DNA from: an uncultured Gemmatimonadaceae bacterium
Lineage (GTDB): Bacteria > Gemmatimonadota > Gemmatimonadetes > Gemmatimonadales > Gemmatimonadaceae
NCBI GenBank assembly: GCA_963716745.1
Contig: OY970320.1
Location: 352,001 to 416,000, forward strand
Length of the DNA: 64,000 bases
Direction of reading: 5' to 3'
Shown piece by piece: positions 43,581 to 55,255 of the stretch; positions within the stretch are counted from its first letter, which is position 1; each line of letters opens with the position of its first letter. Made by a program: the position numbers and the translations under genes. The notes under the pieces are model-generated. The model ran no database searches. It saw nothing but the letters and a program-made list of their open reading frames with translations, and was not told the DNA's origin.

Positions 43581-44827
43581 CGGGCGCCGTCCAAGTCGAT
43601 CGCGCCGCCCCCGCCCGCGCGCTGCACGAGCAGCCGCACGACGCGCGACGGACTGGCCTCCACGACCGTGACTTCGAGGCCGCCCAGGCGGACGCGCTCG
43701 CCCACCACCGGGATCCGCTTGAGTCTGCGCGCCAACAGGCCGCCGATCGATTCCGCACGTTCATGCGGCTCCGGCACGATCGGCGCGTTGAACCGCGCCG
43801 CGACGTCGAATACCGGCGTGGATGCATCGAGCAAGACGGGCGACGCGCCGGCGCCGATCGCCGTGGGCGCCGCATCGTGCTCGTCGTGGATGTCGCCGAC
43901 CAATTCCTCCAGCAGATCCTCGAGCGTCACCACGCCCACCGTGCCGCCATGTTCGTCGAGCACCACGGCGAGATGCTGCTGTCCGGCGAGCATCTCGAAG
44001 AGGAGCGCGCTGCAGCGTTTCCCCGACGGGACCTGCGCCACGGGCCGCAGCGGCGGCCACGTCTCGCCCGCGGTCGCGAGCACGTCGAACACGTGCACGA
44101 TGCCGATGATCTCGTCGGGCGAGCCGCGATACACCGGTACGCGGCTGAATCCTGACTCGGCCACCGCGCGCGCCATCGCCTCCGCCGGCAGGTCGCGGTC
44201 GACCACCGTGATCGCGGTGCGAGGCGTCATGACCTCGCTCACCTGCTTCTCGCCGAACTCCACCACTTCGGAGATGAACGCGAGTTCCTTCCGCTCGCTG
44301 ATGCCTTCGATGTCGCCCTCGCGCAGCAGACCTTCGATCTCCCCGCGCTGGTCGACGACGGTCGCGCCGTCGCGCTCGCCACGGCGGCTCGCCGCGCGTG
44401 CGAGGAACATCACCGGCGCGAGCGACAGCGACGCGAGCCGCAGGATCGGCAGCAATGGCACGGCTAGGCGCGGCGCGAAATGGCGCGCGATCGCTCGCGG
44501 GATCGCCTGGCCGAGAATGAGGAACGCCGCGGCCACGAGCGCGACGCGCAATAGGAATCGCGCATCAACGGACTCCGCGTGCGTCCCGAGCAGCGCGCCG
44601 GTGAGCGCGATGACGAACGCCACCGCCGCCGTCGCGACCGCGAGCAGATGATGCGATTGCGCGAGGTACGTCCCGGCACGCGAGCTCGCGCCCGCGCCCG
44701 GCCCGAGCTGCGCCTCCACCCAATGGCGCACCCAGATGCGCGTCATCGCGCGCAACGTCATCGCGGCGGCGCTTAGGAACGCCACCACGAGCACGGCGCC
44801 GAACACGAACGGCCAGTGCAGGCTCAT
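43577..44827 (-). CDS. CNNM/CBS/CorC-HlyC transporter-associated protein
   Basis: TM region, EVMTPR, GFSRVPVY, LDEHGGTVGVVTLEDLLEELVGDIHDEHD. Confidence 0.9.
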   Translation of the reverse strand: MSLHWPFVFGAVLVVAFLSAAAMTLRAMTRIWVRHWVEAQLGPGAGASSRAGTYLAQSHHLLAVATAAVAFVIALTGALLGTHAESVDARFLLRVALVAAAFLILGQAIPRAIARHFAPRLAVPLLPILRLASLSLAPVMFLARAASRRGERDGATVVDQRGEIEGLLREGDIEGISERKELAFISEVVEFGEKQVSEVMTPRTAITVVDRDLPAEAMARAVAESGFSRVPVYRGSPDEIIGIVHVFDVLATAGETWPPLRPVAQVPSGKRCSALLFEMLAGQQHLAVVLDEHGGTVGVVTLEDLLEELVGDIHDEHDAAPTAIGAGASPVLLDASTPVFDVAARFNAPIVPEPHERAESIGGLLARRLKRIPVVGERVRLGGLEVTVVEASPSRVVRLLVQRAGGGGAIDLDGAR

Positions 44828-46083
44828 GCGTCGTGCTCCCCGGCATTCACCGGACGCTGGATGAACACGCGGTCCACCCGGCGCCGCACCACGCGTTCCA
44901 CGGTGAACTCGAATCCGTCGATGATCGTGGCGTCGCCGGCCTTCGGCACCTTCCCGAACTGCAAGAACACCAGCCCGCCCACGGTGGACACTTCCTCCGC
45001 CGCCGCGGCGAAATGGTGGCCGAGCGTCTCGGCCAATTCATCGAGCGTCACTTTGCCCGAGACCCAATAGCGCGAGTCATCCTGCACGCGGATGGGCGGT
45101 TCGTCGCGATCGTTCTCATCGCGGATGTCGCCGACGATCTCCTCGAGGATGTCCTCGATGGTGATGAGCCCCGCAGTGCCGCCATATTCGTCCACCACGA
45201 TTGCGAGATGGTGGTGCGACGATTTGAAATCGCGGAGCTGCGCTTCCGCCGATTTCCCCTCGGGGATGAACGACGCGGGTCGCGCCTTGGTCTCCCATCC
45301 GCCCGCCGGTTCCACGCCGTCGATCACCGGCAGCAGGATGTCCTTGGCGAACAGCAAGCCGGTGATCTGATCGAGCGTCTCGTCGTACACCGGCAAGCGC
45401 GCGTGCTGCGAGCTGCGTACGCGGTCCACCACCTCGGACCAGGGTGTGTGCCGCTCGATGCCCACGATGTCCACGCGCGGCACCATGACCTCCTGCACCT
45501 CGGTGTCGGCGAGCGCCGAGTACCGCCGCAGGATGTCGCGCTGCACGGCGGGGAGCGACGTCTGCGTGCGGAACACCATCCGGAATGGCTCTGCGCCGAG
45601 TTGTTCCGCCGCGCCGCGCGGATCGGCGAGCGGCAGGATCTTGAGGAGGCGCGCGTCGAGCCACGCGCCCGCGAGACTGAAGGGCGCCGCGGCACGCTCC
45701 ACCGCATGGACGAATCCTCCCAGCCGGGCCAGCGTCGCCGCACCGGAGCGCTCGCCGTACGCGCGCGGCGCCGCCTCGGACACGTACACGATGACGAGCG
45801 CGAGCACGAGCGCGAGCAATGGCGCCAGCACGCGGCTGCCATCACCCAGCCCGAGCGCGAGCGCTCCCGCGATCCCCGTGATGAGGTGCATGATCACGCG
45901 CACGATCGAAAGCGCCCGGTGCGTGCGATCGCGCGCGTCGCCATGCGGCAGCGTGCTGCCCTCGCCGGTGCCGGCGAGACTCGCCGCCGCGGTGCCGCCC
46001 GCGAGCAGCGCGCCATCCGCCGCTGCGCAGCAGGTCGCGATCGCCGCCGAGAGGACAGCGATGAACGCCGCAAGGAAGGTCAT
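44824..46083 (-). CDS. CNNM/CBS/CorC-HlyC transporter-associated protein (paralogue)
   Basis: EVMVPRVDI, HARLPVY, VDEYGGTAGLITIEDILEEIVGDIRDE, STVGGLVF. Confidence 0.92.
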   Translation of the reverse strand: MTFLAAFIAVLSAAIATCCAAADGALLAGGTAAASLAGTGEGSTLPHGDARDRTHRALSIVRVIMHLITGIAGALALGLGDGSRVLAPLLALVLALVIVYVSEAAPRAYGERSGAATLARLGGFVHAVERAAAPFSLAGAWLDARLLKILPLADPRGAAEQLGAEPFRMVFRTQTSLPAVQRDILRRYSALADTEVQEVMVPRVDIVGIERHTPWSEVVDRVRSSQHARLPVYDETLDQITGLLFAKDILLPVIDGVEPAGGWETKARPASFIPEGKSAEAQLRDFKSSHHHLAIVVDEYGGTAGLITIEDILEEIVGDIRDENDRDEPPIRVQDDSRYWVSGKVTLDELAETLGHHFAAAAEEVSTVGGLVFLQFGKVPKAGDATIIDGFEFTVERVVRRRVDRVFIQRPVNAGEHDA

Positions 46084-46526
46084 CGCGCCCTCCGCGCCAA
46101 TCGCGCGAGCAGCGTCTCCTGGCGGCGCCACATGGGCGAAGTCGTACGACCATTGCCCTCGGGATGATCGTGCCCCAGCGCGTGCAGCGTACCGTGCACG
46201 ATGAGCCGCATCAGTTCCTCGCGGAGCGGCACGCCGAACTCGCGCGCCTGCTCGCGCGCGACGTCCGGCGCGATGTACACATCCCCGATCACCGGTCCGC
46301 GCGTGCCCGACGGCGCGAAGCCGAACGAGATGACGTCGGTCGCTCCGCGCCGCGCGAGATGCTTCCGGTTCAGCGCCATGATCTCGCGCCGCGAGATGAA
46401 CGCCACCGAGAACATCGCGTCGCGCACGCCTTCCGCGCGCAGCACGCCCGCCGCCAGCGCGCGCGCATCGCCGCGCGAGAGCGGGAGTCGCCCGCCGTCG
46501 ATCGTGACCTCCACGGCGAGTGTCAC
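46080..46526 (-). CDS. ybeY: rRNA maturation endonuclease YbeY
   Basis: TDVISF, GDVYI, HGTLHALGHDH. Confidence 0.95.
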   Translation of the reverse strand: MTLAVEVTIDGGRLPLSRGDARALAAGVLRAEGVRDAMFSVAFISRREIMALNRKHLARRGATDVISFGFAPSGTRGPVIGDVYIAPDVAREQAREFGVPLREELMRLIVHGTLHALGHDHPEGNGRTTSPMWRRQETLLARLARRAR

Positions 46527-48739
46527 GTCGCCGAGAACTCCGCCGACACGCCGCCCGCCGCGGCCGGATAGTCAATGCGTGCGTGGTGCATGCCCACCAG
46601 CACGCGCACGAACTGGTCCTTGATCACCGAGATCTGACGCAGGGTGAGCGGCGCGTCGCGCATCTGCCCCTGCTCGACCCGCTGGCGCACGATGTGCTCC
46701 ACCACATCGCGAATGCGGGCCGGCGTAGGATCGCTCAGCACGCGCACCGATGCTTCTACCCCGTCGGCGAGCATCGCGATCGCCGTCTCGGCCGACTGCG
46801 GCACCGGCCCCGGATACTGGAACTCGGCGGCGCTGAGGCCGTTCGCGCCGTCGCGCTCCTTCGCCTTCTCGTAGAAGTAGGTGATCGGCGCCGTGCCATG
46901 GTGCTCCGGGATGAACGCGGTGATCGCCGCGGGCAGCTTGTGCTCCGCCGCGAGTTCGAGTCCCTCGCGGATGTGCCCCTTGATGATCTGCACGCTCGTG
47001 CCCGGCTTGAGCTTGTCGTGCGGGTTGCGACCGCCCGCCTGGTTCTCCACGAAATACTGCGGCTTCTTCAGCTTTCCGATGTCGTGATAGTATGTGCCGA
47101 CGCGGCCGAGCAGGCCGTTGGCGCCGATCGCGTTGCACGCCGCTTCCACGAGATTCGCCATCGCCATCGTGTGCGCATAGGTGCCCGGTGCCTCGACGCT
47201 CAGCCGCTTGAGGAGCGGCCGGTTGAGGTCGGAGTACTCGATGAGCGTGAGATGCGACGTGACGCCGGTCATCCGCTCGGCGAGCGGAATGAGGAACACC
47301 GCGAACACCACGCTCACGACCGCGTTCAGCACACCGAACAGACCGCCACGCGCGATGTCGGCGGCGCTCCACCCGAGCGTGAGCCCGATGGCGAGCGCCG
47401 CAGCGAGGTATGCGAGCGCGATCGTGATCACGTACTGGTACGTTTGCGTGCGGCGCAGCATGACGCGCGCACTGAGCGCCGCCGCCGAACCGCCGACCAG
47501 ATTGATGAACAGCGCGTTCGTGCCGCGGTAGGCGCCCTGCCCGCCCACGAGCACCGCGAGCGTCATCGCCGCGATGAGGCTGATGCGCGGATCGAAGACG
47601 ATGCAGAAGATCACCGCGGCGAACGCCACCGGAATGAGCTCGGGACGGCCCGGCGCCCAGTGCGCGCCTGCCGCCGCCGCCGCGATCACGATGAGCGACA
47701 CCACCGCGAACAACATCAGTGCGCGCAGCGAATCGTAGAGCGCCGGCCGGAAGAGCACGATCGCGACCCAGAAGATCGCGAGCACGAGCGCGTTGTAGAG
47801 GATCGCGCCGACGAACCGGGAGAACGCGGCTTCCCCGCGTTGGCGCCCCTGCGTGGCATCGTGCAGCGCGCGCATCTTGTCGTACTCCGCACGCCCCACC
47901 ACTTCATGGGCGCCAATGATCTTCTCCTGTTCCCGCACCTGCAGCAGGAAGGGCGAGATCGCAGCGCGCACGTCGGCGCGGCGCTGCTCCGTCGCGGCGC
48001 GATCGAGCACGAGCGACGGCTGGAACACGGCGGCGAGCACCTTCCCGTACGCGCTGTCGCTCGCGGGCGAGCCGGGATCGGGGCGATGCGTCTGGGCGCG
48101 CGCGAGCAGCGTGCTGAATGTCGCGACGCTGTCCGCGAGCATCGTGCGCTCACCGCCGGCGCGGTGGATCACCACTTCCCCATGCTCGCCGGCGAGCGAC
48201 CCGGCGCCGGCGATCCCCGTGGGCAGCTCGCGGTCGAGCACGCGGCGCACCGCCTCGCGCATCGTGCGCCGGTGCATCGCCGAGGCGAGATACTGCGCTT
48301 CCGCGATGGTGAGCGGCGCGCCGAAGCGCGCCGACGCCTGCTGGATCGCCTCGGTGGCACCGGCCGGCCGGGTCGCCGCCGCGCCGAGTGAATCGGTGAG
48401 CGCGTCAAGCACGCGATCGGCGCTGTCGAGTGCCACCGGGTCGTACGTGAGAATCAGGCTCACCGTGCGCGCGGCGTCGTCGCGTTCCTTCGCGAGATCC
48501 CCGGCTGGCTTGGGTACCGAGAACTCAAACGGCGCGATCACATCGCGCGTCGCGACCGAGCCGACTTCGAAGATCGGCGAGTCGACTGCCGCGCCCACCG
48601 GGAACAGCAGATACGTCGCGATCGCGAGCACGCCGAGGATCGCGATGCGCGCGGCGTGGTATCGCATGCGCGCCGTGCGCGCGACCGGCGCCGGCGCCGA
48701 TCCGCCGTTCCCTCGCTCTGGCCCCACCCGCGTCGCCAC
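46523..48739 (-). CDS. 7TM-HD family phosphohydrolase (PgpH-like)
   Basis: Extracellular domain, 7 TM helices, EAPGTY.H, YYHDIGK, F.ENQ, EHHGT, YPGP.P, MLAD..EA. Confidence 0.92.
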   Translation of the reverse strand: MATRVGPERGNGGSAPAPVARTARMRYHAARIAILGVLAIATYLLFPVGAAVDSPIFEVGSVATRDVIAPFEFSVPKPAGDLAKERDDAARTVSLILTYDPVALDSADRVLDALTDSLGAAATRPAGATEAIQQASARFGAPLTIAEAQYLASAMHRRTMREAVRRVLDRELPTGIAGAGSLAGEHGEVVIHRAGGERTMLADSVATFSTLLARAQTHRPDPGSPASDSAYGKVLAAVFQPSLVLDRAATEQRRADVRAAISPFLLQVREQEKIIGAHEVVGRAEYDKMRALHDATQGRQRGEAAFSRFVGAILYNALVLAIFWVAIVLFRPALYDSLRALMLFAVVSLIVIAAAAAGAHWAPGRPELIPVAFAAVIFCIVFDPRISLIAAMTLAVLVGGQGAYRGTNALFINLVGGSAAALSARVMLRRTQTYQYVITIALAYLAAALAIGLTLGWSAADIARGGLFGVLNAVVSVVFAVFLIPLAERMTGVTSHLTLIEYSDLNRPLLKRLSVEAPGTYAHTMAMANLVEAACNAIGANGLLGRVGTYYHDIGKLKKPQYFVENQAGGRNPHDKLKPGTSVQIIKGHIREGLELAAEHKLPAAITAFIPEHHGTAPITYFYEKAKERDGANGLSAAEFQYPGPVPQSAETAIAMLADGVEASVRVLSDPTPARIRDVVEHIVRQRVEQGQMRDAPLTLRQISVIKDQFVRVLVGMHHARIDYPAAAGGVSAEFSAT

Positions 48740-48742
48740 GCG

Positions 48743-49704
48743 CTACGGCGACCCGCTGTCGCGCGCGTAGGCCTTCACGATCTCGCGCACCAGGCGGTGG
48801 CGGATCACGTCGGCCTCGGTGAAATAGTGGAACCCGATCCCGTCGATGCCCTTGAGCACGCGCTCCACCTCGAGCAGCCCCGAGCGCTCGGTGGACGGCA
48901 GGTCGATCTGCGTCGTGTCGCCGGTGATGACGGCCTTGGAGTTCACGCCGAGCCGCGTAAGGAACATCTTCATCTGCGCGCTGGTCGCGTTCTGCGCCTC
49001 GTCGAGGATCACGAACGCGTCCGCGAGCGTGCGGCCGCGCATGTACGCCAGCGGCGCGATCTCGATGGTGCGTGTCTCGAGCAGCTTCTGCACGCGCTCC
49101 ACCGGCATCATGTCGTCCAGCGCATCGTAGAGCGGGCGCAGGTACGGATCGACCTTCGCCTGCAGATCGCCGGGGAGGAAACCGAGGTTCTCCCCCGCTT
49201 CCACGGCGGGGCGCGCGAGCACGATGCGCCGCACGCGTTTGCGCGAGAGCGCGTCGACGGCCATCGCGACGGCGAGATATGTCTTGCCCGTTCCCGCCGG
49301 ACCGATGCCGATCACGATATCATTGTCGGCGATCTGCTCGAGATACTCGCCTTGCCCCGGCGTCTTGGGCTGGATCACGCGGCGCAGTCCGGGGAGTACG
49401 ATGCGGCGCTCGCCCGGGGGACCGCCGTTCCCATTGCCGCTCTCCGGCCCTTCGAGCGTGAGCCGCAGGACATCGTCCGGCGTGAGCGGGAGCTGCTGCC
49501 GCGATGTCTCGACCATCTTCGCGGCCACCGGCATCGCGCGCTCCACCATCTCGGCCGGCCCGCTAATGGACAGCGCGTCGCCGCGGAGCGCCACCCGCAC
49601 GCTGCACAGCCGCGCGAGCTCCACGAGGTTCGCGTCGTTCACGCCGGCGAGCGTGAGCATGTCGGCGCCCTCGGCGCTGATCCGCTGCGTGACGATCTCT
49701 TCAC

Positions 49705-49708
<4 letters not shown>
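48743..49708 (-). CDS. phoH: PhoH family protein
   Basis: GPAGTGKTYLA, RPAVEAGE.LGFLPG, YMRGRT, LDEAQN. Confidence 0.96.
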
Positions 49709-51479
<1,771 letters not shown>

Positions 51480-51483
<4 letters not shown>

Positions 51484-51830
51484 GCGCTCACGCGTTCGCG
51501 CGTGAACAGGTGCGCGACCATAGAGAAGGCCGCGCCACTGACGTCGGCGATCCAGTCCTCGAGATCCATCGTGCGCCCGGGAATGAACTTCTGATGGAAT
51601 TCGTCGAGCGCGGCGAACACCGCGATGAAGAGCAGCACCAGCGCGATACGCTGCGAGAGCTTCCCCGGCATCGCCGGCAACAGCAGCGCTGCGAAGATCC
51701 CGTAGAAGGTGAAGTGCACCACCTTGTCCAGGTTCGGCACGTTCACGCGCGGGATGTACGAGCCCGGGATCGAGGTCGCGATCAGAATGCACACCGCCCA
51801 AAGGAGCGGCAGCACCCACATCCGCTTCAT
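51480..51830 (-). CDS. VanZ family membrane protein
   Basis: DKVVHF..YG, DEFHQ.FIPGR..D..D. Confidence 0.88.
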
Positions 51831-52288
51831 CACGCGGCCTCCGAGGAGCGCACGATGTCCAGGAAGGCCGCGGCCGTAGGCGCGGTCATGAGATCCTTGC
51901 GCAACTGATCGCGGCGCAGGAGGCGCGAAATGCGGCTCAGCACCTTCACGTGCGCGCCCGCCGCGCTCTCCGGACCCACCAGCAGGAAGAACAGGCACAC
52001 CGGCTTGCCGTCGAGCGCGTCGAAATCGATGCCGTCGTGCGCGACGCCTGCCGCCACGACGAGCTGATCGACATGCGGCGTCTTGCCGTGCGGAATGGCG
52101 ATCCCCGCGCCGATGCCGGTGCTGAGCACCAATTCGCGCTCGCGCACCGCGGCCAGGATTGGCGCGGCGTCGGGGGCGTGCGGTCCTTTGGCAACGAGGT
52201 CGACCAGTTCCTTCAAGACATCGTTCTTCGTGCGACTGCCCAGCGGCACTTTCACGCGGTCCGCCGACAGCAGCTCTGAGAGCAGCAA
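51830..52288 (-). CDS. PTS EIIA (Ntr/fructose type) component
   Basis: RE..STGIG.GIAIPHGK, FDALDGKPV; TTG start after GGAG. Confidence 0.92.
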   Translation of the reverse strand: MLLSELLSADRVKVPLGSRTKNDVLKELVDLVAKGPHAPDAAPILAAVRERELVLSTGIGAGIAIPHGKTPHVDQLVVAAGVAHDGIDFDALDGKPVCLFFLLVGPESAAGAHVKVLSRISRLLRRDQLRKDLMTAPTAAAFLDIVRSSEAA

Positions 52289-52456
52289 GGAGTCTCCAGG
52301 GTCTTTAGCGGCAAACGACAAAGTTAACTTCCAGCGGCGGTGCACGGTAGCCGAGCAGAATCCGCGCGGATCGCGTCCGCGGCGCTTCCAACTGTAAGAC
52401 CTGCGGATACTTGCGGCGTTCCGGCGCGGCGCTCCCTCACCCGCTAGATTGCCTGT

Positions 52457-53539
52457 GTGACCGACAAACCGAATCTTCTGGATCTCCTCCCCGACGTGGC
52501 CGAGGGGCAGCTGCGCGATTTCGCGGTCGCCCAGGGCGAACCGGCGTACCGCGGCGGCCAGGTCGCGCAGCGCCTGTGGAAGAATCCGGCCCGCGATTTC
52601 GCGTCAATGACCGAGCTGCCGGCCGCGTTCCGGGCGAAGCTCGATGAGCACTTCGCCATGCCGCGGCTCACGATCGCGGCGCATCAGCGCTCGATCGACG
52701 GGACGCAGAAGTTCCTCTTTCAGTTGGCCGACGGCCAGCAGATCGAGACGGTCGCGATCCCCGAGGATTCCCGCCTGACGCTCTGCATCTCCTCGCAAGC
52801 GGGTTGCGCGCTCCAGTGCGCCTTCTGCGCCACCGGCAAGATGGGATTCCAGCGCAATCTCACGGCATTCGAGATCGCGGGCCAAGTGCGCGAGATGGGA
52901 TTCCTCGAGACGCCGCTGAAGGTCACGAACGTCGTGTTCATGGGCATGGGCGAGCCGCTCATGAACTGGCCGCGCGTGGCGGTCGCGCTCTCGTTGCTCA
53001 ACCGCCCCGACGCGCTCGGCATCGGCGCCCGGCATATCACGGTGTCCACCGTGGGCGTGCTTCCCGGGATCGTTTCGCTCGGCCAGCGCCCCGAGCAATT
53101 CCGCCTCGCGATCTCGATCCACGCGCCGAGCGATGATCTGCGCCGTCAGCTCATGCCGGTGAATGTGAAGTATCCGCTCGCTGACGTGATCGCGGCGGCC
53201 AAAACGTTCGACCGGCGCGTGACGTTCGAGTACGTGCTGCTCGGCGGCGTGAACAATGCGCCCGAGCACGCGATGAACCTCGCGCGCCTCGCGAAGGAGT
53301 GCAAAGCGTTCGTGAACCTCATCCCGCTGCATCCCGGCGGCGCGCAGGAATTCAAACCGAGTACACCGGAGCGCGTGCGCGCGTTCACGAAGGAGCTCAA
53401 GAAGGCGGACGTCGAGATGGCGATCCGGAAGAGCCGCGGCACCGACATCTCGGCCGCGTGCGGCCAGCTACGGGTAGAACGGCTCGGCCGGCGGGCGCCA
53501 GCCGGCGCCGATAAGGACGGTCAGATCAACGTCGCGTAG
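52457..53539 (+). CDS. rlmN: 23S rRNA (A2503-C2)-methyltransferase, radical SAM
   Basis: CISSQAGCALQCAFCATG, FMGMGEP, ACGQL. Confidence 0.97.
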   Translation: MTDKPNLLDLLPDVAEGQLRDFAVAQGEPAYRGGQVAQRLWKNPARDFASMTELPAAFRAKLDEHFAMPRLTIAAHQRSIDGTQKFLFQLADGQQIETVAIPEDSRLTLCISSQAGCALQCAFCATGKMGFQRNLTAFEIAGQVREMGFLETPLKVTNVVFMGMGEPLMNWPRVAVALSLLNRPDALGIGARHITVSTVGVLPGIVSLGQRPEQFRLAISIHAPSDDLRRQLMPVNVKYPLADVIAAAKTFDRRVTFEYVLLGGVNNAPEHAMNLARLAKECKAFVNLIPLHPGGAQEFKPSTPERVRAFTKELKKADVEMAIRKSRGTDISAACGQLRVERLGRRAPAGADKDGQINVA

Positions 53540-53902
53540 CGTGTCGGGGCGCGATTCGATCCTCGCGCCGCCCATCGCGCGCGCGGCGCGCGCGGCCCAG
53601 TCGGGATGATTCGTGCGGTCGAGGACAAGCGTGCTGTCGCGCCGCTCGTTCGTCGTGCCCTGCAGCACAATATCGAAACCCTCATCGCGCAAATGGATCG
53701 TGGCGCGGCGCGCGAGCCCGCGTACCGTCGAGGCGTTGAGCACTTCCACGCGTATCCGCGGGCCTGTGCGAGCGACCACAGTCGGTCGTGAGGCGGCTGG
53801 GAACGTATCGACGATCCTCCCGGGAATCCCGATCTTTCGGAAGACCACCGCCAGTGCGAGCAGCAGCACGAGCGCGGCCACCCATGCGCGGCGCTTCTTC
53901 AT
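53468..53902 (-). CDS. LytR C-terminal domain-containing protein
   Basis: N-terminal TM, VEVLNAS..GLA, DLTVLIG; overlaps the rlmN 3' end by 72 nt. Confidence 0.85.
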   Translation of the reverse strand: MKKRRAWVAALVLLLALAVVFRKIGIPGRIVDTFPAASRPTVVARTGPRIRVEVLNASTVRGLARRATIHLRDEGFDIVLQGTTNERRDSTLVLDRTNHPDWAARAARAMGGARIESRPDTLRDVDLTVLIGAGWRPPAEPFYP

Positions 53903-54444
53903 CGCACCGAATCCCAGAGGTGCGACGTCTCCGCGTCGAGCGGCCGCCCCTCGCGCAGCGTCCACGCGATGCGGTTCTGCACGACGCGCCGGAACGTGCC
54001 GTCAAAATCATCCGCCACGTCGGCGGCGAGCTCGGCGCGGATCTCGCGGTCGAATTTGCGGCCGGGCTCCAGGAAGTCCGCCATGAACAGCGCGCGCCCG
54101 GTGCGCGCCCAATCCTTGCTCCCCACCGTGTGCCACCGCACCGCTTCGAGCACGTCCGATCGTTCCTCGCCCTCGGTCTCGAGCTTCACGGCGGCGGCGG
54201 GTCCGTGCAGCAGCGGCGCGGCGGTGAGCCGGTCGCCCGTAAGCCGGCGCAACAACGGTTCCGGCGCGTCGCGCAGCGCATCGTGGAACCGGCCCGCATC
54301 CCGCCACGCGGCGCGCGTGGCATCGTCGACTCGCATCGCGCGCGCCCAGTGATCCAGCAACGCGGTCACGCGTGCAATGTGCGCGCGCCGCTTCTCTCCC
54401 GCCACCGCCCACGGCGGCAGATCAATCGAAGCCGCGGCGGACAT
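53899..54444 (-). CDS. YqeK-like HD-domain hydrolase (symmetrical Ap4A hydrolase family)
   Basis: R.AH..RV, HD, LLHG, AVRWHT.G, MADFLEPGR. Confidence 0.82.
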   Translation of the reverse strand: MSAAASIDLPPWAVAGEKRRAHIARVTALLDHWARAMRVDDATRAAWRDAGRFHDALRDAPEPLLRRLTGDRLTAAPLLHGPAAAVKLETEGEERSDVLEAVRWHTVGSKDWARTGRALFMADFLEPGRKFDREIRAELAADVADDFDGTFRRVVQNRIAWTLREGRPLDAETSHLWDSVR

Positions 54445-55255
54445 AGGGCTCCAGCACCGCATGGTTCCTCACGCTCGTGCGCGCGACATAGTTCCAACCC
54501 TTGAGCTCCACGCCGCGCCCGAGCATCGCATCGGCGAGCCGTGAGTAAGGCCCGATCACGCATTCGCGGCCGATCGCGGTGTGTCCCTCGAGCACGGCGC
54601 CGGGGTAGATCACCGTGTCCTCGCCGATCGTGACGTCGGCATCCACCCACGTCGTGGCAGGCAGCACGAAGCTGACGCCGGCCGCTTCGTGCCGGCGGAT
54701 GAGCCGGTCGTGGATCGCGAGCGCCGCCACCGCCATCGCATGACGGTCGGTGAGCAGCAGCGCCTCTTCCGGCGCGGTCGCGGCGATGGACACGGCGCCG
54801 TGCGGACGGCGCGGGTCGTCGGCGGACGCGAGCGCGGGACCCTCCCCCGCGACCGCCGCGCACGCCGTGTCCTCGCCCGGCGCGCGCAGTGCGACCATGC
54901 CGCGGTCCGCGGCGCGCAATAATCGCGCGATCGTCGCCGGCGAGATAAGTGGCGCCGCGCCGTCCACGAGCATCGTGAGACCGGGCGGCGTGACCGCCGC
55001 GCGCATCGCGATCAGCTCCTCGCCCGCGTTCACGGCCTCGAGACGCAACGGCACCGGGAAGGAATCGGGCACGAGCAGCGGCGACGCCGCGCGGTGCAGC
55101 ACGCGAACGGACGCCGGTAGTTCCTCCATCTCCGCGAGCGCGAGCAGCGCATGCCAAAGCACCGGCCGCCCGGCGAGCGGGTGCAGATAGAGGCTCACGC
55201 TCGACTTGAACGTGTCGCCGTCGTCGAGCGCGGCGACCACGGCGTTCCAGGTCAC
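54422..55255 (-). CDS. Degenerate, truncated GlmU-like protein
   Basis: FKS..LHPLAGRP; GV.F..P..TWVDADVTIGEDTVIYPG..LEG.T.IG..CVIGP; lacks the GxGTR..PK signature and stops early in the beta-helix. Confidence 0.75.
   Translation of the reverse strand: MTWNAVVAALDDGDTFKSSVSLYLHPLAGRPVLWHALLALAEMEELPASVRVLHRAASPLLVPDSFPVPLRLEAVNAGEELIAMRAAVTPPGLTMLVDGAAPLISPATIARLLRAADRGMVALRAPGEDTACAAVAGEGPALASADDPRRPHGAVSIAATAPEEALLLTDRHAMAVAALAIHDRLIRRHEAAGVSFVLPATTWVDADVTIGEDTVIYPGAVLEGHTAIGRECVIGPYSRLADAMLGRGVELKGWNYVARTSVRNHAVLEPYVRRGFD

Noticed and set aside
42738..44651. Long antisense ORFs (also 6004..7584, 29028..31133, 46520..48391, 60831..62246 and others)
   Set aside because: Shadow ORFs opposite well-supported genes, expected at this GC content; no protein motifs.
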